Positions 1 to 13,529 are shown, numbered from the stretch's first letter. The stretch: DNA of 64,000 bases from Selaginella moellendorffii (GCF_000143415.4 NW_003314330.1:434001-498000); one strand, 5' to 3'. The notes: generated by a model not told the origin, from the letters alone. Translations and numbers: made by a program.

Positions 1-352
1 TTATGTTACATTTTGTCGAATTAAGTTGGCACTTGATACTAACATAAACCTTTGAATTAGTGACATGGGCATTGCTTGTGGTGTTGCTCAATTGATGATC
101 AAGTCATTGTGATACTTATATCATATTCATGTGATTGTGAGTAATGTGTTTACGAAGTTGTTTGGTTAAACGATGATCAACCCCAAAGTGGTTGATGGTG
201 AAGCTAATCTACTTACATATAGTAGCATTGTAGTAGCTTTGACTGGATTCTTGATGGTAGTTTATTATGCTAAGCTTAAATTGGTCTTGTTCGTTGAGAG
301 TTTGCCCATTGAAGTGTTGTAAAGAGGTTATAGCATTAACTTGTTATGGTTT

Positions 353-2146
353 TGTAAGCGACTAATTTTTCCATTTTACTTTAGTCACTTAACCGCACCT
401 CCGACCACTTGGAGGAGTCTCACTCACAACCTTCGTAAGTCCTATTTTGGACTTAGGCTTACTAGCCCCGAGAATGGCATCCCCACCACTCATCCTATGC
501 ACTTGGTCCAAGTGCTCCACGTGTCCGATCCCATGACCGACACCCCAAGGTACCACCAACATATCAGCCTGTTACGCTAAGGCCATGTCTATTCACCTTG
601 GTCACAACAATGGTCTGACACCACCTGCATCCCAGTCCCGTCACTCAAAGACTGGGCCATCCATCCACGAGTGATCATCCCAGATCCACTCCTTAGCATC
701 CTTAGGATGCCCACAGACATGGGGATTAGCCTTCCCCAATATCTTTGTTCCAGTCCCCACCAAGTCCCTTTTCGTCCTTAGCCGTGCTCGCCAACACTAC
801 CACTGGATCAAGGCCCACGGGCCCGACCACTAAGTCCCACTGTCCTCTAGGACTTCCTCCTTGTGTGACCGTGTCCTTGGTCACCACACCAAAGGACTAC
901 TCCTCTTCCTTTCCACAGTCTGGGACTTCGGGACGACATTTCGGAACACCGTGGCCCTACGCGGGCCTCATGGGTACTCTCCCTGCCTTTCGCCTTTAGG
1001 TGCTCTAGCCATGGGCTTAGAGCGAGGTTCCATTGAGCCACACCAGGTATCCAAGTAGGTAGTGCCACCCACACTTGAACTGGGAGCATCGGCCAAACGA
1101 TCTCCCGGGGGAACTAGAGCCGGCTCTTGAACACTTCACCAAGCTACCCCGCTTGTCGGTCTGTGTTCACTCTAGTCTTGGACTTCCCAGTGGGCAGCTC
1201 ATCACCCAACACTGGGTCCGGCCTTCCTGGGCCAAACTGGCCTTTCCTGGCCAAACTGACTCCACTGCAGTCCTCCCCCTCCTATACTTTTGGAGCTCAC
1301 CAAACCCCCCAGGGTCTGGGAGACGAACGCTTTGGGCTTTCACCCTCTCAGACTTGGACTCGGACTCGGACTCGGACTCGGACTCGGACTCGGACTCGAC
1401 CTCGGCCTCGGCCTTGGTCTCGGTCTCGGTCCCGATCTTGGTCCCAGTCCCGGTCTCGGTCCTGGTCTCGACTTCGGACTCCATCTCGGGTCCATCTCGG
1501 GTCCATCTCGGGTCCATCTCGGACTCCATCTCGGGTCCATCTCGGACTCCACCTCGGGTCCATCTCGAACTCCACCTCGGGTCCATCTCGGACTCCATCT
1601 CGGGTCCATCTCGGACTCCACCTAGGGTCCATCTCAGACTCCACCTCGGGTCCATCTCGGACTCCATCTTGGGTCCCTCTCGGGTCCATCTCGGACTCCA
1701 TCTCGGGTCCATCTCGGACTCCATCTCGGGTCCATCTCGGACTCCATCTCGGACTCCATCTCGGACTCCGTCTCGGTCCACCTCGGACTCCATCTCGGAC
1801 TCCATCTCGGACTCCGTCTCGGTCCACCTCGGACTCCATCTCGGACTCCATCTCGGACTCCGTCTCGGTCCACCTCGGACTCCATCTCGGACTCCGTCTC
1901 GGTCCATCTCGGACACTTCCACGTGTCATGTGTTGGTCCTTTTTGGGTCCCTTTTTGGAGCCTTGCTTATTGGTTGCCTCGTGCTCGCTCCTCGAGCACT
2001 TTGTTGGGAGTTCCACTCCCGCTCTCGACCTTCCAAGTCGGAGCTTTTAGTCCAAACGTGTTACGCTCGTTTGGCTTTTGCTTCGGCCACTACCACGTGG
2101 CGCCCTTCCGGCTCCACTTTGGGGCCTAGGGATTTTGTGTCTCACA
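353..2146 (-). repeat. 3' LTR of the 7.6 kb element
   Basis: Starts tgtaagcgactaattttt and ends gtgtctcaca; direct repeat of 6183-7973. Confidence 0.93.
1352..1915. repeat. Micro/minisatellite array inside the LTR: (GACTCG)n then 11-12 bp CTCGG(AC/G)TCCAT units
   Basis: Directly visible tandem units; they generate the spurious low-complexity ORFs in the track. Confidence 0.9.
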
Positions 2147-5100
2147 ACTCCACCACCCATAGACGAAGTTCGATGTCCTCATCGAACGGTAAACCGTTTC
2201 ATAAAGTAACACCCGCACGTGTTACCATTTCCATCCTTGGCACATAGCCAATATTTGTCTATGGTTTGACACCAAAGGCTCACCATGCCTTGTCCATCCT
2301 CTAAAGAGCATAGCCCCTCCAACTTAGAGGCTCATTTGACCACTTGTGGTGGTTCTCTCCTTTTATTGGTTTAGTTCTCACTAAACCTGTTAGAGACACC
2401 TTCTCTAACTCAATCCCACTACTCATTCTCGAGTGGTCTCACTTTCCATCGATATAACCCTTTGCACTTTGGAACTTTTAATTCTTGACTCCTCGAAGTC
2501 AATTCCCTGGGTGTCTTTGACACCTTGCATTGCACATATTGTGCAATTCCACTTCCCCATCTTAGGAAGTCCTCTACTCGAGGGCAACATCATCCTCTCT
2601 TCGATTTCATGCCACCTTTGGCACTAAGTTCCGGTTATTATAATTTGTGCTAGGGCTGTCCACAGCCCTATCTTTTGGCTACTTTGCCACTCCCTCACTT
2701 GGAGCTTTTACTTCGCCAAATTGGAGCACTTAGGAATCCATCCTTGGAAGTCCACTTCCTTTCCCACAAGCCGTTAGCATCAAACACATTAGTGTTCCTT
2801 GGCTAACTTTGCCATTTGGATCCCTTCCATTAAATTCCATAGCCCAAACTTGGCCACTAGTCCTTTGCTCCTATCCTTGATTGTTGCACCCAGTAACATA
2901 GGATTGTTACCTCCATTTTTGAGGTATCCTTTCGGTTCTATAGCAAAGACTCTTCTTTGCCAAGTCCGGAGGATGTTCACCCCTAGTATGTCTCTTTAGC
3001 ATCTTCTGCTATGGGCTCTATCCATGGCCCAACTTCGTGACCCTCCCATGGGTCTCTTATAGAGACTACTTTCCTTGGACTCACTATACCATCGCATGGA
3101 CATAGTTTATTTCCCTTAGGTGCTCTTCCCACTTGGTCATCATGACCAAGCCACAACACCTTAAACAGTTCAATTTCAACATTTTGAACCAGGAACTTCA
3201 TTCCTTAGCCAACCAAGGACCTTGTCCTTATTTGGCCATACAATCACCTAGTGATCTCACCTTGGCACCTTAACAGAGTTGCAAGAGGTACTTGGTCTTC
3301 TAGACTTTCAAATTGTTGACTATAACCCACACTTGGCGGTGCACCCAAGCCAGCCCTTACGGCCAAGGGTTCATAGCAACTGAGATTAGGTGTCCCCATC
3401 TCACTCACCACGTCCTTGGTGCCACTTGCACCAAAGTGTTCAAGTTAGATATGCCGAGCTTTCACACTAAGCAATCTAACCGTGCATCACGACTCCGAGG
3501 CATCCCTCGCTTGGCGGTGTACCCAAACCAGTCTCCACACTGAGAGTCCATGACCACCGAAATATGAGTGTCCTCATATTCCAAACCATCACCACGCCCT
3601 AGTGATTTAGGACTCGAACCCAAGCACTAAAGGGTCGGGACTCGAACCCAACCTCCGTATATGCATCTACGGATGGCATCACCCAGGATGCCTGGCGTGA
3701 CTCCCCACGCCGGTGCACCAACTTATACTCAAAGCGCGTTATAGATTACAGCTTAGGAACCTAGTTCCTCCCCACTGCCAAGTCCTCTCACTTGACAAGC
3801 CTGTGATCATGCATGGACTCCTCCATGCTTGGCCCTTTGGCCCACCCTTTTTGAAGTTATCACCTTCAACTAGGGTATTTGTTCCCCTGGCTTGCCAATC
3901 TCGCTTTGGCAAGTCCTCCGACCACTGTAACATGGTTCCTGCACAAGCGTGAAAGCCCTTGATCATCGACTTTCGTTCAAAGCCCTCTCTTTGAACACTC
4001 GGGAACTACTTCCCTAACCTTAATAGCCTTGCCTCATGGCAAGCTTCAAGACCACGCTTCTGCTTTCGCGCGTTCCTTGAACCATTTACGCTTGGCCTTT
4101 CTAGGTACTAAGCTACCTAGAATCCTCTTTGGGAACCTTGAAGGAACTCTGTCCTTTAGCTTGCTAAGGCCTCCCTTTTTGCAAGCTTTCCAATTACCAT
4201 ATAATCTAACATGGACAATTCCATATTTTAGACTCTCCATGGCATCATGGTTGCTAGCGGCAACACCCTTGAGCCCCCACTTGATTCTCCACTCCCAGCT
4301 GGCATAACCAACCTTGGTTATGCCCTTCAATTCCTATGGTTCGGTTCTATCCCCTTACTTCTTGCTTTTGGCTTCATACCTTTCCTTCGGTCATTCTCCT
4401 CCAGACCAGGAGGATAGCTTTGCACTTTCTATCATGCTTTAGCAAGTATTCTTAGGGATGAACCTACCCGATAGCCTAGGGAGTGGTTCCTCAATCCAAG
4501 TATGCTCACCCTATAATCCCACACACCGGGATTACGTTGTTGCTTACGGGCCTTTGCATGCCCATTGCTAGCCTTGCCAAAATCCCATTTTTTGCTTTGT
4601 CCAATTCGAGTAGACAGTCTTCTCCTGTCTCCGCCACCTTGGACATTTGGATAGCACCTACTATCCATCATTCGCTAGGGACTTAGTCCCTTGGGCCTTA
4701 TCTACTGCCCTCGCGACATCAAACACCACCTCCTGGTGTTCTAGAGTGTTCGGGTGTCCCAACGATGGCTTCCTTGACAATGAGTATTTCCTTTTATGAC
4801 ATTGACTTACTATATCGCAACATAAGCAACCTATCCCCCATAAGGGTATATCCACTTACCTATGCCATTAAGAAAGCTTGGGTAACTACTTTCTACCCGT
4901 TTAACCAATTATTTTGCACCTTTTGCTTAGTTGCCTCGTAGTTGTCAAATCCTACAACTCATTGCTGGTGCTTCCACACCTCTATCATTATTTGGGTCAC
5001 CACACTCTAACTGCATGCTCTGCAACTTAAGATATGCCATTCCCATTTCTATTGGGATTCCTTTGGCAAAGGGTTCTCATGAACCCACCAACATAGCCTC

Positions 5101-6182
5101 AAGGTATCACACCTTGGCACACTTGGTGTCTCCACACCATCAGCTCCACGATCCTACCTCTATGACACTTCTTCTTTGTGTCTAAATCTTTGCCAAGACC
5201 AATACCACCCTTTCTCATGCCAACCATCCGTTAGCACTGCACCATAGAGGTCACACACAACTTTGTGTCAAAGTTGTTTTCTTTTTGGGAACACCTTTCC
5301 CACAACTTTAGCAAGGCACATTTTGCCATCGATGAGATACCCTCTATTCTCATCCTTGGATCCTATGATCCCCCCCCATCCTTCGTGGGGTACAACACAC
5401 CTCAGTTTAAATGCTTCCATCAGTCCTTTTAGGACCATCCCTTGACTCTACTTGAGTCATCTAGCAGTTTTGGACTTGGTTAATCCACAGACCTGTAAGG
5501 TCCTACTTGTGAGGCACTAGCTCACTGGAATACACTTCTTGCATTCCTATCCTACTCAAAAGGACTATTTTCACAAGTGTTACTCTGACACTTGATTTTG
5601 TTCTCTGGGGGCAACCTCTGCCCCTTAGGACTACTTGTCAATGTAATGAGAATACCAACTCATCTTTAAGTACACCCCCCAACTCCTTGGGTTGTTCCAG
5701 CATTTATTAAAGGTAGCCCCAGCTACCATTTCAAGGACTTGAGTCCTCTTCCGTATTTGACCTCCCACGGTCATTACCTTTGGTCTCACATTCATGAGCA
5801 CCAACCTCAACTATATGAGGATAATCTTGTGACTCCTTTATTGTTTTGGAGTCTACATCTTTCCCGTGATCCCAACTATAGTTGTTTATCACAACTACGT
5901 TAGCCCGTTTGCTGCGTCAAACGCTCATTTGGATCACATCCTCAGCTCTCTGAGGAGACCTTATACTGTTCCCAAGATCCCAAAGTCGTTCCATTATTGG
6001 CCCTTTTTTATCCACCACATTGTGCCCAAGTTCACGCATGAACTTGAGTGGAGAGCCATGTCCTCTCGACATGCTACCCCTCTAGGATATGCCCACTCCT
6101 AGGACCTTCCAATGCCAACATCAATGGTGATATACTTGAGCACCAATAAAAGTCGGACTAAGGAACAGCTCCGATACCAAAT

Positions 6183-7973
6183 TGTAAGCGACTAATTTTT
6201 CCATTTTACTTTAGTCACTTAACCGCACGGAGGAGTCTCACTCACAACCTCCGTAAGTCCTATTTTGGACTTAGGCTTACTAGCCCCGAGAATGGCATCC
6301 CCGCCACTCAACCTATGCACTTGGTCCAAGTGCTCCACGTGTCCGATCCCATAACTGACACCCCAAGGTACCACCAACATATCAGCCTGTTACGCTAAGG
6401 CCATGTCCATTCACCTTGGTCACAACAATGGTTTGACACCACCTGCATCCCAGTCCCGTCACTCAAAGACTGGGCCATCCATCCACGAGTGATCATCCCA
6501 GATCCACTCCTTAGCATCCTTAAGATGCCCATAGACATGGGGATTAGCCTTCCCCAATATCTTTATTCCAGTCCCCACCAAGTCCCTTTTCGTCCTTAGC
6601 CGTGCTCGCCAACACTACCATTGGATCAAGGCCCACGGGCCCGACCACTAAGTCCCACTGTCCTCTAGGACTTCCTCCCTGTGTGACCGTGTCCTTGGTC
6701 ACCACACCAAAGGACTACTCTTCTTCCTTTCCACAGTCTGGGACTTCGGGACGACATTTCGGAACACCGTGGCCCTACGCAGGCCTCATGGGTACTCTCC
6801 CTGCCTTTCGCCTTTAGGTGCTCTAGCCATGGGCTTAGAGCGAGGTTCCATTGAGCCACACCAGGTATCCAAGTAGGTAGTGCCACCCACACTTGAACTG
6901 GGAGCATCGGCCAGACGATCTCCCGGGGGAACTAGAGCCGGCTCTTGAACACTTCACCAAGCTACCCCGCTTGTCGGTCTGTGTTCACTCTAGTCTTGGA
7001 CTTCCCAGTGGGCAGCTCATCACCCAACACTGGGTCCGGCCTTCCTGGGCCAAACTGGCCTTTCCTGGCCAAATTGACTCCACTGCAGTCCTCCCCCTCC
7101 TATACTTTTGGAGCTCACCAAACCCCCCAGGGTCTGGGAGACGAACGCTTTGGGCTTTCACCCTCTCAGACTCGGACTCGGACTCGGACTCGGACTCGGA
7201 CTTGGACTCGGACTCGGACTCGGACTCGGACTCGGACTTGGACTCGGACTCGGACTCGGACTCGGACTCGGACTCGGGCTCGGGCTCGGGCTCGGTCTCG
7301 GCCTCGGCCTTGGTCTCGGTCTCGGTCCTGATCTCGGTCCCGGTCCCGGTCTCGGTCCTGGTCTCGACTTCGGACTCCATCTCGGGTCCATCTCGGGTCC
7401 ATCTCGGACTCCATCTCGGGTCCATCTCGGACTCCACCTCGGGTCCATCTCAGACTCCACCTCGGGTCCATCTCGGACTCCATCTCGGGTCCATCTCGGA
7501 CTCCACCTCGGGTCCATCTTGGACTCCACCTCGGGTCCATCTCGGACTCCATCTCGGGTCCCTCTCGGGTCCATCTCGGACTCCATCTCGGGTCCATCTC
7601 GGACTCCATCTCGGACTCCATCTCAGGTCCATCTCGGACTCCATCTCGGACTCCATCTCGGTCCACCTCGGACTCCATCTCGGACTCCGTCTCGGTCCAC
7701 CTCGGACTCCATCTCGAACTCCGTCTCGGTCCATCTCGGACACTTCCATGTGTCATGTGTTGGTCCTTTTTGGGTCCCTTTTTGGAGCCTTGCTTATTGG
7801 TTGCCTCATGCTCGCTCCTCGAGCACTTTGTTGGGAGTTCCACTCCCGCTCTCGACCTTCCAAGTCGGAGCTTTTAGTCCAAACGTGTTACGCTCATTTG
7901 GCTTTTGCTTCGGCCACTACCACGTGGCGCCCTTCCGGCTCCACTTTGGGGCCTAGGGATTTTGTGTCTCACA
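6183..7973 (-). repeat. 5' LTR of the 7.6 kb element
   Basis: Adjacent to the PBS; same satellite at ~7168-7740 with different unit numbers; lacks the 12 bp ctccgaccactt present in the other LTR. Confidence 0.93.
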
Positions 7974-10900
7974 GGTTTGTTGGTTTCTCCATTAGCACTT
8001 GGAATAGATTGTTGGATGAAGAAGGTGTGTAGTTGAGGTATTGACATCACTAGCACTTGTGTTAGTGGAAGTGGTATTGTTGTTCGAGTGATGAGGAATT
8101 TTTCTTAGAGCTTGATTTTCCATGTCATTTTTCTTTTAGTGTTTTAGCTTCACATTGGATCTTGAAGATGATTGAAGAAGAGTGTTAGTACAATGTAAAT
8201 ATCTGAAGATGTGGTCTTTGTGATCAAGTTTCAGATGTTTATTTTGCATTTTGCGGATGTTGATGTTAGATATCGGAAAAATGGGCAAAGATGTTCAAGG
8301 CTTAAGCATACTATGGGTTATGAAAATTAGTGTTGAAGTAAACCTATGTGAAATTGTAGGTAGGAGGAAGTTGGTTGAGTCTTGAAAGTTTGTATTCCTA
8401 GACTGAGAGTCATTCCTTCTCTAGGATAGAAGTTTTCCACAAATTTTCTTAGACTTTTCCAATGGTTGATTTGTTGATCACTTTGCTCGAAAACCATTCC
8501 GTTTTCATAAGCCAATACAAACTAGTGAAAAGGTTGGAGTTGACTTCGGTTGGCTTAGATAGTTTGTATGATGCGGCCCAAAAAGGATGCTAACTTTTGG
8601 GGCTAAGGCAATTGAGTTGAATAAAGTTTAGAGTTGGTGTAGAAAAGTGGCATTTGCACTTTTCTAAGAAGGGTGACCCTTGTGCCTTTCTTTTATAGTG
8701 TTATGCTTGGTGGCAAGTTGCATTTTGCATTTTGTTAAGACTCTATAAGAGTAGTGAACTCTCACTAATCTTGACTTAATCTTGGTGGCCCTACACCTTG
8801 GTTGAGGATAGTGATGTCCAACTTAGTTGTTTGAGTTTGAGATGTTAGTACTCGTACTATAACTTTGTCTATGAGGAGGTTATGTACTGATATGAGTCCA
8901 TTTCATAGTCTTCATTTTAGTTTCGACTGAGTGTTGATCATGCATAGCTAGCCTCTTCAAAGCATGCTTAGAGCTATTGACTAAATGCATTAGTGAGCTT
9001 AGTTGGATTTGAGTGGTCATTTAGTTTATGCATGTTCATGAACCTTTATCTCATGCCTGGGATATTATGTTCATGTTGGACAAGTGTATGACTCGATGAC
9101 ATGAGTTTAGTGTTTGGGTCCTGTAAAGGCAAGTTGAAGAGTGATTGTTGGTTGCTTTGTGACTAGTGATTGTTTGTAGACTTTGTCGAGGACTGTTGAC
9201 ACTTGCTTCACTTGATGAAGATTTATCAATGATGGGTTTGTTTTACCGAATGGTGTTGCGGAAGATCGTGTCGTAGCTTGCATCGTTTTTCCATGTTAGC
9301 ATATCGACTCTAGCTCTATCAATATCATTTAGTTGCATTTAGTTTGTAGTGTTGGATTTCATTGAGTTTTGGATGTGGTGAATCACTCTTTGATGACATG
9401 TTATCTGTAACTTAGTTTTGCTGAAGGATTGGTCTCGGATACTGAGTAAAGTATCTTCGACCTTGGTTAACTTGGTTGCTAGAGAGTTTTGAGTGGTGAT
9501 ACACTCGTGCTTTCTTCTAGCTTTGTTCTAGTGTTGATGGCATTGAAGTGAGGCCTTATCATTGACATTATTGTTCTTAAGATTCGAGTGAGATGAGATG
9601 TCTATCCTCAGGATTGATATTGAGTTTCATTAGTCTCAATAAAGATTGTGTTGATAATTTGGTTGTAGCTTTGTGTTGTTAACATTCGTGCATTTGCTAG
9701 TTAGCAACTGTATTGATGTTCAAATGAGCTAAGTGGCAAATTTGAGTTAGTTAAGTTCTCAACGAAATTATTTAGTAGAGGTTGAGCTTTAGCTTTTCCT
9801 TGAAAAGTGATTTGGTCATGGACTATGCTAGCTCTACAAGTAAAAGAGTTAGTGATCAATATTGAAATGTTTAAATCCTTATTGGATTTAAGTTGGAATA
9901 TATCAATCATGGATGATTCTTCTTGTGCTTGTTATTTAGTGAGTTATATTTTGTTATAGATGGATTTATGGAGAATTGTTTCATGGTCACTTGTCGAGCA
10001 TAGCTTCGTTATGTTTATCTTTTCGATTGATGCAAACATGCTCTTCATTAGTTTTGCATTATGAAGTATAACTTATGGATGCTTTGAGGAGGATATTGTG
10101 GGTTGTGTTATGATTTCTTCTTTGGCATTGAAGTTGGTTCATAAAAGATTCGTGATCATTATTAAGCAAAACTTGGCTATAGACGTCTTCAAACTTTTGG
10201 TTCTTTGAGTTTTCATGCTCATTATTCCATTTGTTAGAAGTTGCATTTTGGCTTATTAGTTTTAATATTGAAGTTGGCTTTTGCATCTAGCAATCGTTGG
10301 TGATGATTGATTATCATTTAGGATAGTTGATCTTCGTCAAAAGGTCTTGCTTGACTGTTGTTAATATAGAACGATTTGCTATTTTTTTGGGATGGTGGAT
10401 TTCTTCTTTGATGATGATTATGCATATCTCTTTTGATGGGATGATTGATGATTTTTCATGATGTTTTAATTATGCTATTTGATAGTTTATAGCTTGTTGC
10501 AATATTACATGTTCTTTATGGTTTATTCTGGATTAGTCTCTTGGGTTTGAGACATCAATAAGATGTTGCTAACACTTGCTTGAGCAACTCTAGTTCCTTG
10601 GTATGGTTGACCAGGATTTATTCAGATTAGCTGGTGCAATAGTTAGCATGAACAAGTGTTTGTTAGTCTTACCACATTCATTCTGTTCTATTGATTGTTG
10701 TTCGAGTTAGTTCTGATAAATTTGGATGTTATTTCCTTTGGGTGATACATTCACAAGCATTTTGCTTGCCAGTCAATGTTACCTTATGTTCTTTGAGTTA
10801 TCTTTCGTAAGTTGTTTGGCATACTATCTACAATCTTTAAAGTGTTCTTAATGATACATTAGCTATTGAATTTTGTTGGATGGCGAATCCTATGTTTCCA

Positions 10901-12289
10901 ACTATTGTGATCTTGGTGGTTCCTGTACTATACTACTGGTTTATCGGATGATAACTTAATTGGAATACTTTTGTATTCTAAATTAACAATTATTCATTGA
11001 TAATTACGTCTCTAAAATATCATTGTCTAAGACTTTGATATTGTCCATCTATTAATCTTTGAGTTTGGGCCAGTATAAGCAGATTGGCTTTGGCACTTCG
11101 TGTGCATGGTGAAATCTTTAATCATGGGGTAGCTACTGTCGACTGGTCACATAACCTGCTTCTTTGTCGATGTTCCTTATTTCGTTCAAAGGGCGTGACC
11201 GTGTAAACAACTCTAACTGCCTGTTTACAGTAGTCTATCTAAACCTTACCGATGGGTTTGGTTTCTTTGCTCATGAGGGTTGGGGCTTCTAGCTTCTGTC
11301 TCTATGTCCTTGCAAGCAGAGGCATATCACACTTTTGTAAGCTGGGTGACACCCAAAGCCGCAAGGGTGGCTGACTTCGTTGGTCATTTCCTTGTCAGTG
11401 ACAGCAAGAATGTGTCTGAGCTGGTAGCACATTCGTATTAGACAAAGAGGTTGCCTCTTACCTCATTTAAGTTGGTGCATTTCTCACATAGAATACTGTG
11501 AACTTTTTCTGGAGTTGTTTCCTTGGCGGTATTCTAAATTCGAGTATGCATCGACGAGGACATTGATCTTCCCTAGGGGGGGAGAGTGTCACGAATGTGA
11601 CTTTGGGTATCGAAATTTACCTATCGGCCAGTCCTTATGGACACTCTTTCCTTATTGCTACGATGGCAGGAGGTCGGTATTGCTAGACCCTTTATCAATC
11701 CCTCTTGTGCTAGTGGAGTTAACTGGGCATTTCAAGTATACTTAGACCGGACGAGCATAAGGACAAACTTCCTACGTGTTATTAGCTAAGCATATTTAGC
11801 CCGGTAAGGAGTTCCTGTCTCGTTATGTCTTACACTGGCTAGTGATAAAAACTCTCGTATATTGAGATTAATCCCTTAATATTGTTGGATGATAGCTTAT
11901 CGTGTTTACCAAACACCTTTGCTATCATGCCTTTTGTGTTAGTCTCGTTTCGGTCCCAAATGCTATTTATAGAAAGTGTCTAAATTTGCTCATTTGGCAT
12001 ATCTACAAAATGTAGAGATTGTCCTAAACACAATGGTGTTCGTCTCATGTCCAAATTCGCAATCTAACACCATTCCATATTTAGTAAGTTTTGACTATGT
12101 CCCAGAGACTAACTCCTGATACTAAGGGAGGTTTGGGGTGAAAGCCCAAAGCATGTGTTCCTCGAAAGGGGGGGGGGTTTCCAAATGTATAGTAGAGATA
12201 GTGGGTAGGTCGGGTATGGCCGACTAACCTAAGGCATAGTCTAGCTCCCGCTTGGGTGCCTATCTTTGTTCTATGTCTGGCTTGGGTTT

Positions 12290-13086
12290 TGTAAGCAACC
12301 AAAGGGAACAACTTGAGAGACGATCCATGGGGTTCAAATATAGAGGGAAAGGGCCCATGAATAAGAGTGCACCCCCTTTTCCTATCGGTTAAGGGTCTTG
12401 GGATAGTTAGAGTTAAGCGTCCTTGGGTTTGAATAGTACTGGGCTGGGTGACCTCCCGGGAAGTCCAAACTCAGGAGCTTACATTTGGTATCAGAGGGGT
12501 CTCGAGTTCGACTCTGTTGGTTGGCTAGGGGAATCACACCACATGTTGATTGACATCTGGCTGGTCCAGTTTGCTCCCGCGGGGAATCACACCACATGTT
12601 GATTGACATCTGGCTGGTCCAGTTTGCTCCCGCTGGGCTCGACCCAAGGGGTAGGGTGTCAAGAGAGCGAGGCTCTCGGGAGAGCTGCGGCTCTCAGCTT
12701 CCGTTCACGAGGGTGTGAACTTGCAAGGAAGCGTGGTGGATTGTAAGCAACCAAAGGGAACGACTTGAGAGACGATCCATGGGGTTCAAATATAGAGGGA
12801 AAGGGCCCATGAATAAGAGTGCACCCCCTTTTCCTATCGGTTAAGGGTCTTGGGATAGTCAAAGGGAACGATTTTCCTATCGGTTAAGGGTCTTGGGATA
12901 GTCAAAGGGAACGACTTGAGAGACGATCCATGGGGTTCAAATATAGAGGGAAAGGGCCCATGAATAAAAGTGCACCCCCTTTTCCTATCGGTTAAGGGTC
13001 TTGGGATAGTTGGAGTTAAGCGTCCTTGGGTTTGAATAGTACTGGGCTGGGTGACCTCCCAGGAAGTCCAAACTCAGGAGCTTACA
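12290..13086 (+). mobile_element. Cassandra-type TRIM (5S rRNA-derived LTRs)
   Basis: 5' LTR 12290-12483 (TGTAAGC...GCTTACA); PBS TGGTATCAGAG from 12486; ~260 bp non-coding interior; PPT before 12742; internally duplicated 3' LTR 12742-13086; TSD GGTTT at 12285-12289 and 13087-13091. Confidence 0.92.
12411..12466 (+). promoter_or_regulatory. 5S rRNA-like internal Pol III promoter (A-box, IE, C-box) in the TRIM LTR
   Basis: AGTTAAGCGT...TAGTACT...GGGTGACCTCCCGGGAAGTCC matches the plant 5S rRNA internal control region; second copy at 13014-13069. Confidence 0.88.
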
Positions 13087-13529
13087 GGTTTAAGCCCAAG
13101 TTCCATTCCATGCTAACTGGTGGAGTACCCATATCCTCACATTAGACCACTGGTATGCCGAAATAGCACCAAACTCCATTTGGCTTCGTTTTGCATGCTG
13201 GTCCTGGCATTGAGATGCTGATTGCTCTAGGACTATTCCAAGTTGCTCTGGGCTCTTGTCCCTTTGCTCCTTGGGCTATATGCTCGAAAGTTGCTCCGTG
13301 ATCCATTTCTATCACTCCTTGGCTCCATGTTTGGGAGTTTGGCACCGTTCCTTTGTTCAGTGGCCCAAGGCCTTGAACCTTGAGTTCTACACCACTGTCA
13401 TTTGGACACATGGCATATGACACGTGGCATGTGTCATGTGGCATAAAGAGGGTTTAGGTTCTGCTTCGTGGTGTTATCCTATGGTAAATCACCATAGGAT
13501 AAAGGGTAAAAACCACGTGCGCTACAATT

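Larger units (their letters stand above)
353..7973 (-). mobile_element. Full-length, apparently non-autonomous LTR retrotransposon (LARD-like), 7.6 kb
   Basis: Near-identical ~1.79 kb LTRs at 353-2146 and 6183-7973 with TG...CA termini; 5-bp TSD GGTTT at 348-352 and 7974-7978; minus-strand PBS TGGTATCGGAGC (tRNA-Met type) at 6168-6179; minus-strand purine-rich GGGTGGTGGAG PPT next to 2147; ~4 kb interior has no ORF over ~100 aa. Confidence 0.93.
7979..13526 (+). mobile_element. Highly decayed LTR retroelement remnant (host of the 7.6 kb element; continues into 1-352), with probable 3' LTR at ~11587-13526
   Basis: T-rich, CpG-depleted sequence with no ORFs; PPT-like AGGGGGGGAGAG at ~11575-11586 followed by TGTCACG; candidate LTR end ...GCTACA at 13526. 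Superfamily not resolved. Confidence 0.45.

Noticed and set aside
1352-1915. Repeat array as a CRISPR-like locus
   Set aside because: No unique spacers; eukaryotic LTR context.
1075-2247. Long ORFs of 220-390 aa in several frames (also 6893-8032 and 46173-46972)
   Set aside because: Products of the stop-free LTR satellite; low complexity and open on both strands.
12411-12466. Genuine 5S rRNA gene
   Set aside because: Only ~56 nt of the internal promoter region matches, and it is embedded in an LTR.
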